A stretch of DNA of 64,000 nt from Curvularia clavata (Eukaryota). Each line of letters begins with the position of its first letter. The stretch's first letter is position 1. The notes beneath the pieces are model-generated. The model was given only the letters and a program-made list of their open reading frames with translations. It was not told where the DNA came from and made no database searches. A program made the position numbers and the translations under genes. Shown here in pieces: positions 12,907-23,439 of this stretch. The stretch covers positions 1,240,001 through 1,304,000 of the forward strand of contig CP089274.1 of NCBI GenBank assembly GCA_023920165.1, written 5' to 3'.

Positions 12907-14750
12907 CCGCCAGTATGCAGTATCTATACACAATGGGCAGAACCTTGTGTAATGCATTGGACATGTTGTTTTTTGCACATGTAGAGCATGTCATGAACTG
13001 CACCCTCGCGTGGTGGCTGCAAATACTGCAATCTTTTTTTTTAAAAAAAAATACTCGGTGCACAGGATAATAATGCCCGTTTCTGTCTCAGTATGCTAGG
13101 TAAGGCTATTATTGGAAACCAAATATTATATATAAGTGTTTTCACTCTACTGCAATTAACGTAGCTGTGCCTAAGTAACTTCGCAAATCATCCTTAGGTG
13201 CGGATAGGCTGGCAACCTCAACACCGAACTCGGGGAAAATTGCAAAGCTCAAATATGACACCTACTCAAAGAGGAAACTTGCACTGTTGGTGTAGATTGC
13301 AGCACTATTAGAGGGGCAGCAGAATTGAGGGGCGACGAGGGGACATATGGCGGGGTGTGACATGAGGGGCAAACAGGGCAGGCAACTTCTGCCATGGCGC
13401 AGTGGCGTGTATCAGATTTGGGTATTAAAGGAACGAGTTCCAAGTGGCTGTACTTCTATATTGCTCTGGAGTGGTAGTATGATACAGAGAAAAGCGAATA
13501 GTGATTCAAGTTATTTAATCATACGGCTGCTTCCTACCTGTTGAAGACAGTGGCGTCTTGAATGAATGCACCTTACAAGCATGCCGCAACCTGACCAAAA
13601 CAGAAATGGCGAACTCGACTTCACGCACGAAATTCCTGTTCCATGCATATGCTTAGTTTTGCTTAGATTTAGGAGAACATCGACATTGGTGATAGGATCG
13701 CTCTCAACATTCTCGTGAGAGCATCCGAACCATTCGACAAGCGTCTGAGCCAACAATCTCGCAAAACTCGTAATATATCGAGGGGACTGCGTAACATTGT
13801 TTCCTGCTGTAAAACCAAGATCAAGGTCTAGTCATGAGTGCTGCGTGAACAGTTGAGCAGTGCGAAATGGAAGTGTTGTTGGCACACTGGCTGTCAATCA
13901 AATGAATGGCTTGAGTAAGTGATTGAAGATTATAGCCCTGTAAACTTTCCTAGTCCGATAAAGGCAGGCATGAATATTGTCGAAGGAAGTGAAAGATTAT
14001 GCACATGATCTAGGGTATTGTTTGGCAGATTTCAGAACACTGTGCTACTGCTACTTATCCATATAATCTATTATTACTAGAATCGCCGAACAATTACCAC
14101 GCATAACCAAAGAAAAGTCAAACAGAAATGCGCACAGGATGTGTTCAATCCTAGCATGATTTGAAGAGAAGCAACGCCGTCATCCATTTTCATATGTTCA
14201 AAGTTGCGAATCTATACCATCAGCTTTTTGCTACGGCCCTTCTCAACGCCAGAATAGAAACACCATCAAAAAACCTCATGGCAACGAACATAGGGACTGA
14301 ATGATTATTCAATCACCGTCAACACAGCATTTACACTGAATCTCGTGTCAGAGCCAAGTGACAGTTATCAACACAACGTGTGTGGATCGTTTCAGTGCAT
14401 GCATAACCCTGGTAGTATGAGTTGCTGAATGCACAACTCACACAGATCATTGCACAAAGCACCAACAAGTGTGATTACACGGTGATATATAATACAAGAC
14501 GGATGTAAGACGGACTTCCACGACGACGTGCCGGTGTTATCGGAGTTAGCAATCTTACGCCTGGGATGAAGCGGTCACAAAGCGGGGAAAGTGTGAATAC
14601 ACGCAGGACATAAAGATGCCTTTAGGTTGTGGTGTACTTCGTTATATGGCACAATTAGCAATTGTGTGAAACCAGACTGCTGCTTGTGAAAATAAAACTG
14701 TTCGAGACTGATATTCAAGATATACTACTATCACCATACCTACTACCCCA

Positions 14751-15778
14751 ATGGCTTCACCTCTTCCCTACAACCGGCAAAATGCACTTGCCACGACGAT
14801 TGCAGCAGATAATGCCGCGAGCATTGCTGGAAAGGTTGTTTTGACAACTGGAGTAACGCAAGGCGGCCTAGGAGCCACGTTCGTTGAGGAGGTTGCGAAG
14901 CATTCACCCGCGCTCCTTATACTCGCTGGTCGGTCGCCATCGAAAGTCCAGGCCACAGTCGATAAGATCAAGTCCAATCCAGCGAGTGCCAACGTACAGG
15001 TTCGCATATTACGCCTTGATCTTTCATCGCAACAGCAGATCCGTGAGGCCGCGAAAGAGGTCTTGAACTACCCAGAAGACCACATCGATGTGCTTGTCAA
15101 CTCGGCCGCAGCACCGGGCGGCCCATACCGTACAACGCCTGAGGGAATCGAGTTGCAATTTGGAACCAACCACATTGGCCATTTCCTCTTTACGAACCTG
15201 ATCATGCCCAAGATACTTGCTTCCAAGGCGCCCAGGGTAGTCAATATCACGAGCGCCGGTCATCGCTTTAGCGGTGTTCGTCTTGACGACCCGAATTTCC
15301 AGGATGGGAAGGTCTATGACCCGTGGGACGCGTATGCTCAGAGCAAAACGGCGAACATCTTGTTCACAGATGCGTTGGTTGCGAAGCTAAGTCATAAAGG
15401 ATTGAAGGCATACAGCCTGCACCCTGGACAGGCGTTGGAAACCCCGCTTGGGCAAAGTTTTACTGACCAGGATTTCGCGAATTTGAGTAAGTTTCGCACC
15501 CTAAATATCATGCTTTGACCAAAGTTGATAGACAAGCAGAGATTAAGAACCAGAAGATCGGTTGGACGCGGCAGCCTGATCCCAAGTCGCTTGATGAGTG
15601 TGCTGCAACGCATGTGGTGGCTGCATTTGATCCGAGACTAGATGAGTACAATGGTGCATATCTGCATGATGGGAATATAGCTCCAGAGGAGATACAGCCG
15701 ACAGCGAAGACGCCAGGTCACCCGGAGAAACTCTGGACGCTGAGTGAGAGGCTCGTTGGAGAAGAATTCGCCTACTGA
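14751..15778 (+). CDS. Short-chain dehydrogenase/reductase (retinol-DH/WWOX-like)
   Basis: TGVTQGGLG cofactor motif, LDLSS, DVLVNSA, QFGTNHIGHFLFT, YAQSK (YxxxK) and SLHPG. One intron from 15487 with an ambiguous acceptor (~15524-15539). Confidence 0.9.
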
Positions 15779-15859
15779 GAGGATAGCCGGTGCATGTGTA
15801 TATTCGATGTAGACGGGCATCTTGAAGCATGCCAAATGCATGTTTATTAGTTCCTGCTT

Positions 15860-16615
15860 TCAAGCCCATTTCAAGCACCTCGTGGCCTCATGTGCATCCT
15901 TGCATTCCAGTCCGCACACTCTTGCACCGCACTTTCTGCACTTGATCTGCCCCCAATATCCACAATTATCACAGAACTGCCTCTGCGGTGGGCCACCTGC
16001 GGGCGGAGGCGCAGCATGGCTTGCGGCGTAAGAAAGAGGCGGTGCAGCAAGCAAGACTTCGAGCTCACTGGGGTTGAGCGGCGGCGGAAGGGAGTGATTG
16101 ATAGAGAGCAGCGCGTCGTCGGCGTCGGCGTTGGTATCGTCGAGTCGTGATGGCGTTTGGGATGTGTTTGCGGGCGCTGGCGCTCCTTCGATTGGTGTCG
16201 CAGGTACAGAGGCGAAGGTGCTCTGCTTCCTCAAGGGCTGTGTTGCTCCTCTTGCCGTCGTCGCTACTTGGCCCAGCTGCGCTTCTTCATCGTCGAGCCA
16301 ATGCCTGATCTGGCGCTGGTACTGAATGATCCTTCTTACATTTTGCGTTTTGGGCACGCTGGGTTTTCCGGGAATCGCAATGGTCTGTTTGGGGTCGTTG
16401 TCGCGTTCTAGCTCTGCGATGCGTCGCGCGATAGCCGTCTGTTGTCGCGCCGAAAGCTCGTTGTCGCCGCGCTGACCGCCTGGAGCTGCTGCGGCGCGCT
16501 TCTTGTTCTTGGGGTTGATCGCAACTTTGGAGGGATCGTAGCCGGTATCAACAACATATGTCCATCCGGGAGCAACAGTGGCAGCCGAGTTTGGCAGCAC
16601 TTCGATGTGTGGCAT
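15860..16615 (-). CDS. VPS71: SWR1 complex zf-HIT subunit Vps71/Swc6
   Basis: 251-aa ORF with a C-terminal HIT zinc finger (RQFCDNCGYWG..CRKCGARVCGLEC...HEATRC) and RIAELERDN. Confidence 0.85.
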   Translation of the reverse strand: MPHIEVLPNSAATVAPGWTYVVDTGYDPSKVAINPKNKKRAAAAPGGQRGDNELSARQQTAIARRIAELERDNDPKQTIAIPGKPSVPKTQNVRRIIQYQRQIRHWLDDEEAQLGQVATTARGATQPLRKQSTFASVPATPIEGAPAPANTSQTPSRLDDTNADADDALLSINHSLPPPLNPSELEVLLAAPPLSYAASHAAPPPAGGPPQRQFCDNCGYWGQIKCRKCGARVCGLECKDAHEATRCLKWA

Positions 16616-16863
16616 CGTGGACCGTCGAGTGTGGGGATTGGTGTGGCTGGAAGTTGGAGAAGTTTGGAATCAGTTATGGGCATCACATGTCAATGCTGCT
16701 TGTACCTGCATACAACTAAGCGGGGCGCATACACGATCCAGACTAACCAAGCCTACCCTCGTCCATGATAAACGCTCGACCAAAATTCTGATATTCTAGA
16801 GCGGTCGATGAGCAGACTGCATATGTATCTGTAATTCAGAAACTCGTCTGGATACATCAAGAT

Positions 16864-17607
16864 ATGCTGCCTGAGAGAACGCCTCCCATAATCATCCCAC
16901 CTTCAATTCCACCAAACAACCCAGCAGAGTCCAGCGCCATCATCTTCATTCACGGCCTCGGCGATGATGCAACAGGCATAGAAAGCATAGTGCGCCACTT
17001 CCAGTCTGCCAGAAAACTACCACACATGACCTGGGTCCTTCCCAACGCCCTCGAGAATCATGACCTGGGGGCAACAGCATGGTACTTGCCCACACGCCTA
17101 TCTTCATACCCGTCTTCACGTCCAGAACTCGAAGATGAAGAAGATGAACAAGGGATCATGGTCATAATAGATTACATCACATCTCTGATCGATGACTTAG
17201 TCGTCCAAGGCATGCCGGAAAAAAGGATTATCGTAGGCGGCTTTTCGCAGGGTCATGCTATAGCTCTGTTGACTGGGCTTATATCCAAGTATTCAGAGAG
17301 GCTCGGGGGATTGTTTGGGTTGTCTGGTTATCTTCCTCTGTCTGATCGAATACCAACGCTGCGAGAAAAGGCTGGACTACCAAAGGAATTGAGGGGCGAA
17401 GTAGACACATTCTTAGCAAGGGGGACAGGCGACAGATTAGTGCCAAAACGGCGTCATCGGTTATGCCACGAACGACTCTTTGAACTTGGCATCAAGGAAG
17501 AAAAGATGACCATCAAAGAATATGAAGGCATGGGTCATGTCATGAGTGGTACCGAGCTCAGGGATTTGTGTGCTTGGCTAGAGCGAGTACTACCAGAAGT
17601 TAATTGA
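16864..17607 (+). CDS. Phospholipase/carboxylesterase (acyl-protein thioesterase-like)
   Basis: IFIHGLGD, GGFSQG nucleophile elbow, GLSGYLP, GTGDRLVP and YEGMGH; the Ser-Asp-His triad appears intact. Confidence 0.9.
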   Translation: MLPERTPPIIIPPSIPPNNPAESSAIIFIHGLGDDATGIESIVRHFQSARKLPHMTWVLPNALENHDLGATAWYLPTRLSSYPSSRPELEDEEDEQGIMVIIDYITSLIDDLVVQGMPEKRIIVGGFSQGHAIALLTGLISKYSERLGGLFGLSGYLPLSDRIPTLREKAGLPKELRGEVDTFLARGTGDRLVPKRRHRLCHERLFELGIKEEKMTIKEYEGMGHVMSGTELRDLCAWLERVLPEVN

Positions 17608-17685
17608 TACTGGAGAATAACCGATTATTGAAAAGCTATGAACTTGAACATGAAGACTTGCCGATGGCCATGTCTAGCCAAGGTC

Positions 17686-18565
17686 CTATGAATTTTCCTC
17701 CTCCAACTCGAAATCGAAATCCCCTAAATATACACATAGAGCCTACCCTGGTTAGCAGACTGGCTGCATTGCACAAGAAATCATATCACTTACTTTGCTA
17801 GCGCCCATCATCGCGTAATGCGCTACCTCCAACTTCTTTCCATCCTGCCCATACCTCGCAATCTGGTTGAGATCCGACGTTCTCGGCAGGTACAGAACAA
17901 CCTCGTTGGTCACCTTTGTGAAGCCTTTGTAGAGTTTGTCAAGGTTGTAAGGCTCCATTTTAGTGAGATCGAAGACGTCCTCTGCACCGTACTCAGTCCC
18001 TACAGTCGTCAGTATGCATACCATGACAGCGCATTGCCCATACAAACCTCCCCATGGTGGGCTAGCGAAAATCACGACGTTCTTCTGGCCCGCGAACCTC
18101 TTTACAGCGTCGAAGCAATCCGCATTTAACCAGAAGATCTTACTGCCAACACCATAGATTTCTGCATTATGCTTTGCACATTTCAACGTCCTGGGATCTT
18201 TCTCGATAGCAAAGACGCGCTCCCAGCGGCCCGAGCGTGCCAACGCTATAGCATTACCACCCACACCTGCAAACGCGTCGACAATGACTGTCTTCTCTTT
18301 TGGTGCCGACTCTGCAATGTGTGCAGCAATCTTGTTTGCAATAGGCTCTGGAGTAACGCCAAACCATGCGTCTTCGGTCATCCATATGCCTTGATCATAT
18401 TTCTCCCAGATCTTGAAGCGCTGGAACCAGTATCTGTGAGTCTATCAGGACAGTTCCTAGACATATCGTGGATCGTATAGGAATACTGTACTTCTTGAGG
18501 TGTTCTGGAAACTGGTCGACACGCGACCACTGGTCTACGGCTTGCTCATCTGCGGGTTCGTTCAT
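17686..18565 (-). CDS. TGS1: Trimethylguanosine synthase (RNA cap hypermethylase)
   Basis: KYWFQRFKIW, AWFGVTPEPIA, VDAFAGVGGNAI, FASPPWGG and LYLPRTSD. Three introns; the last exon is ALCVYLGDF..ENS*. Confidence 0.92.
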
Positions 18566-18859
18566 ATCAATAGCAAATGTGTCCTTCACCACTTGGAGAA
18601 CGCTGCAGTCCCAAATAAAGACCGATAGATTCAAAACGGAAAAGTAACCTGAGTCAGAATAGCCGATGGGGACAAGCAAATGGGCAAGCAGAAGAATGGC
18701 TGCAGAGAGCAATCCTGAAGAGCCTTACCCCATTTAGACTAGCCGCGCCAGCCTGATTCCCTGCTCCATCAAGCCACATGTTATAGCGAAACCAACTCTC
18801 CAACACCCCATTTCACCAACCATCACCTTCACATAAGCCGTTTGACTCAGCACATAACC

Positions 18860-20373
18860 ATGTCTGTGTTTGGCGCACTGAACCGCTTTATATCGCGCCT
18901 TGATGCCGCGCCCCTCAATGACGATCCTGGTCAGCAGCATCAATCGTCCACAAATGGCGCGTACGGATTTCAGGTCTTGCGAAACACTAATCTGGATATC
19001 CCTCTGGAGCCGTGGTTTGACTTTGTCATTGGGATCAACGGGAGGACTATTGTAAGTTTATTGATTCACGGGGTTTGTAAGGGAAGGAAGGCACGTGCAA
19101 GGGGCCAATATGACAGTTAAAATAGAGGACACGCAAGAGAGGGGAAATAGGGAAGGAACCTAGCAACTTCGCATTCTTAGGGAGCTGTGTTAGAGATGGG
19201 ATTGCTGATTTGGCATGTTTTGGACAGGACAATCCCGACCCGAATCTTTTCGTGACAGAGATCCGAAACTGTGCTGGGACGACGATCAGCCTAGGGATCT
19301 TCAGTGCAAAGGTACGTCTACGGTGCTTACTTCACTGACGGTCCTTGCGTGTTTTGGTCGCCCAAACTTTGAGGCCGCACGTACGTCATGTTGATTTCTG
19401 CATTTCTGCATTTCGCATTTCATGCTATGACACTTCTCACAGCACTTTACATGGTCCGGCATGTCAGAGTTGTCAGGACTAAGCTTCATTTAACTCTCTA
19501 ATTACAGAATCTGACAGGCTGTTGTAGGGCCAGAAGATTCGGGAACTCTATCTCCAGATCCCAGCCGATCAGCCTACGCTAGGAATAGCCCTGCAGTGGT
19601 CACCGCTCTCCATTTCAGAAGATGTCTGGCATATCTTAGATGTAGCGCCTAATTCCCCTGCGGACATTGCAGGGCTACTGCCCTATGGTGACTACGTCAT
19701 CGGTAGCCCTGAAGGCCTTGTGCGTGGCGAGTCAGGACTCGGTGAGCTCGTTGAAGACTTTCTCAATAGGCCGCTGAGACTCTACGTGTACAACCACGAG
19801 TACAATGTTACCCGCCCCGTTACCATTACGCCGACACGGAGCTGGGGTGGTGAAGGAGCGTTGGGCTGCGTTCTTGGATTTGGAGCGCTGCATCGTATTC
19901 CGGCCGGTTTGGACGAGCCCCCGCCAGCTCCTGGAGAGACATTCTTCTCTGCAGGCGATGCAAGCGGAACGACGTCTTTCGATGAGAAACGCCCTTTGAC
20001 GCAATCCATGGACATGCCACCTCAATCCAGCTCACCGGCTGCGCTCTTTGTCCCCGCGAACATGGCGCTGCCTGCCAAGTCACCTCCTCCGCAGGGCACG
20101 GTACCACCAAAGAAGAAAGGCAGAGTACACCACGTGGCCAGTCCGGCTAGTGGTGGCGGAGGTGGCCTTGATGACTATTTCAAGGAAGGTGAGCAAAAGA
20201 GTCTTGAGCAAGATTATGTGCCCAAGAAAGGCGGTGGTGTGCCTCCTCCGCCCAAGGCTGGTGGACCGCCCAGAGGGCCACCAAAAAGTGGTAGCGTGAG
20301 TAGAACAGCTACGCCGTTGCAAAGTGGCGGTGAAGCAGAGAGTGCAACTGGCACCGAGACGGAAGAAGCGTGA
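18860..20373 (+). CDS. GRH1: Golgi reassembly-stacking protein (GRASP55/65 family)
   Basis: YGFQVLRN, LEPWFDFVIGING, WHILDV.PNSPA..AGLLPYGDYVIG, WGGEGALGCVLGFGALHRIP and a Pro-rich tail. Introns at 19052-19227 and 19312-19527. Confidence 0.93.
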
Positions 20374-20492
20374 TTAGACTATCATAGGAATGTTAGCAAA
20401 TTGCATTCTCGGTTTTCAATACCGCATTGTTGAGATCAAAACAAAATATACCTTTTACGTCATCATTCTCCTCTTAATCTCACGCAGCCCGT

Positions 20493-20819
20493 TCATTCTT
20501 CGGGTTCCAAGTCCAACTCCTCTCTGAACCGACTCAGGCGTTTAGGCTGCTTCTTCTCGACCACACTTTCGTTGCTCCCGTGACTCGCCTGAGTCATGAA
20601 CGAGTCAGATCGATCTTGGACTTGGGGCCGATTAGGCGACGTGACATCGCGACCAGAAGTGGTAGTAGTCATGTCTTGTTTGCGACCGCCGAGTCTTTCA
20701 AATGACAAAGGTGAGGAGACCTGTGGGGAAACAGGTGACTGCATTGGCGTGGAGTCTGGGGACGACGAGGTCGAGAGCGAGGTCTTGAGCTTGGTGGTAA
20801 AGGAGCGGAAGATAGGCAT
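20493..20819 (-). CDS. Small Ser/Pro-rich hypothetical protein (108 aa)
   Basis: ATG-initiated ORF with a good context (ACGATG), a CA-rich leader and an upstream AT-rich TATA-like stretch (~21089-21098). The product looks like a disordered phosphoprotein ending KRLSRFREEL. Confidence 0.6.
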   Translation of the reverse strand: MPIFRSFTTKLKTSLSTSSSPDSTPMQSPVSPQVSSPLSFERLGGRKQDMTTTTSGRDVTSPNRPQVQDRSDSFMTQASHGSNESVVEKKQPKRLSRFREELDLEPEE

Positions 20820-21729
20820 CGTGTATGATGATAGTTCGTATTGGTTTTGGCGAAATGCAAAGATGTTTTGTTGTGTCGAGTTATCGGCAGCTTATGGCAG
20901 AAATGTATCCTTGTTCCGAACGTGTGCATGTATCGATGAGACCGTTGGAGGGAGGGGTGCCGTAGAAAGGGGTAGGTGGGGGCCGAACCGTTCGAGTTTA
21001 TGTATCAGAGAGCGACACACAAGACGGGTGACAAGAGACAAAGAGACCGGCGGATTGTTTTATCTTTTGAAGTACAAAACACCGAGCGTATATTATAATG
21101 GATATGTGTAATGAACGTTGAAACGGTACGGATAAAGTAATGCAAAGCACACGAGCATAAGACGCGAGGCACACGAGCTACTAAATACTTTGCAATCCCC
21201 CGCCACTACAGTAGAACCAAATTGGGGACACATGTCAGGGGACAGAGCGCCCAATTACTCCACAACGACATAGGCGAAGGGCACGCTCAACAGACACAGA
21301 CACACGACATGTGCCTGGGTGCCACATAACCGCTGTGGGCCCTGCGGCAAGGAGAGCTTGGGTCGCCCAACCAGCGCCCCGTTTCCCAAGTGAGTAACGC
21401 AAGCAGCCCAACCCCAACTGTCAATAAACACATGCAGTAGTTTCAAACGGCAGGTTCCACGCAAAACACCATGTGCATTGATCCAGACTCCGGGGGGCGG
21501 TCGCCCATGTGGCCCACCAGGTTAAAGCCGGTGTGTATCTATATGTGGGGTGGAGACTTCATCTGCAAGGCCAGACCCTGCGCTAGAGCGGCGATCCGGT
21601 TGCATTCTCGTTCCTGAACCAGTTTCCCGAGCCCACATGCCAGGACGGGAGAAAAGGAAAAAAGTATGTGGAAAGGACACGCAGAGATAGGCGCATAGAC
21701 GAGAGAGAGAGAAAGACAAGTCACATGGC

Positions 21730-23439
21730 CACCGTTGACAGCCGCGGGGAGTAGTAAAATTAGGATATCGCTTTCGGCGTTTGTTGAATCTTCGCCCCCC
21801 ATCCCAATCCATCCCTCCCTCTCGCCTCCCCCCTTCCTTAGCACCATGTACATATGATATGCCGCCATAGTCCTAGAAGCTCCAAGTTGATCTGCGCGGC
21901 TTGCATGGCCAGTAGGTAAAACATCCAAGCAGCACACCTATGAAGCAAGCTCGCCCTCGCCAAAGCCCCAAAAAGAGCACGTCAGCTGCTCATAGTCGTC
22001 CACCGATGTTCCCGTCCTAGTCCAAGCCACTTGTGCAACAGCCCGCGTCTGCTGCACTATTACATGCGTCTCGTCTCTTAGGCCCAAGTATAGCGATTGG
22101 TTGGCCACTCACATGCAAGAAGGGCAAGTGTAGAGTGTATAGGAGAGACGGGGGCTTGGCACTAATACGTGCTAGGGCAAGGGAAGGAAAAAGGAAGCTT
22201 TTTTTCGCAAGACTTCACCGCCATATGTACTTTGCCGGCCTCTCCATGTTCTGCCACTGCTGGATGCTAGTCATGATTGGCTCGTTGTTTGTACCGGTAA
22301 TGATATCCGGGTTTGGTAATCGAAATGAAAGCATTGACGAGACAACCACACAGAATAGAGAGATGGAGACGACAGGTCATGCGGACAATGTCCAGACATG
22401 CAACATTTGCTCATCCCCTCTCCCCCCCTTCCTAACCCACGAGTCGCAAGTGAACCACACAAACAACCCCGAGTTCTTTGTTCCGTTCTCCGCGCCAGTC
22501 GTAGTAGTCTGAGAAGCCATTGCATTCTTGAATCATTCTCCCGCACCGGATCGATTCTGCCTTTTTGCACCCGTCCCAGGTCCGTTCCATCGATCACATT
22601 AGTACATACATAGTAGTTTGCGAATGAGTCAAGCACTGTTTTCGTCTGTGCGTACGCCAGCCAGCCCGCGGCGCCCCTCTGCTCGTCAATCGTCCCAGCA
22701 GTTGCCGAAAAGCGATTATGAACGTTTTTTGATTTTCCGGGACGGGCAACTCGGTTGTTCACAAACTCACATGAGGTGCTTCCCACAGGCCCCCCCACAT
22801 GGCTTCGTTGCCCTGCAGGCCTGCCAAAATAGCCAATTTTTTTTTCCACTGTGGCCGCAAGCTGTCCGGCCGGCCGACCGGCCGGCGCCCCTTGTTACTA
22901 CCCGATCCATACCTAGCATACATATATACGAAAATCCTGCCGAAGTATATACTTGACTAGTAAACAGAAGGAGTAGAACGAACAGCGCTTGTTTTCTCGT
23001 GATCCTGCAACCTAGTCTCCTCTTCTCGTGTTCATTGCACAGTCAGCAACGGTCTGGCCTCTTTTGCTTTTTTTCTAGACCCATTCTAGGGCTTATTTTA
23101 TCTTGCCTGTGGCTTGGTAGTAGATAGCGTTTTTGGGAAATAAAAAGTGGGCTGTCGGCTCAAACTGGTGGGAGAAGAGTACCCACTACCCGCCAACAAC
23201 TAACATCTGACGTACGTTAACTGCGACACTGATTGATTAACCCCTCTGTAGTCCAAACCGTGGTTCGGTCACCGCATCTTTTGTCGTTGCCGAGTCAGTG
23301 CCGTGTCAACTCCGGGGCGAAACGGTCACGAGGACGGTTGCTGAGCTCTGACGTTGATGTTGCTGACTACCAGAGTAATGACGATTAATATGCTGTAGAA
23401 ACAAAAAGCCCGAATCGCATAGGCGAGTTTGTGAATACG
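21730..23439 (+). ncRNA. Candidate large structured ncRNA, possibly telomerase RNA (ends approximate)
   Basis: No credible ORF. Nested long-range helices 21767-21786/22696-22716, 22527-22538/22622-22633, 22756-22768/23425-23437 and 22994-23004/23324-23334, with G-U pairs favouring the + strand. CCTAACCC at 22431-22438; GTAAGT at 23440. Confidence 0.5.

Noticed and set aside
22557..22746. Pseudoknot GCCT-TTTTGCA-CCCGTCCC-AGGT pairing with GGGACGGG as the telomerase pseudoknot
   Set aside because: The topology is suggestive, but the P3 stem is G-C rich with no A-run for U-A-U triples, and it crosses the domain-closing helix. Not claimed.
22033..22956. Several 70-190 aa ORFs inside the candidate ncRNA interval
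   Set aside because: Mostly non-ATG starts, mutually overlapping, and without motifs or coding-like composition.
17686..23439. TGS1 (cap hypermethylase) lying ~3 kb from the TER candidate as a functional cluster
   Set aside because: Tgs1 acts on many snRNAs/snoRNAs, and proximity in a gene-dense region is expected by chance unless conserved synteny is shown.
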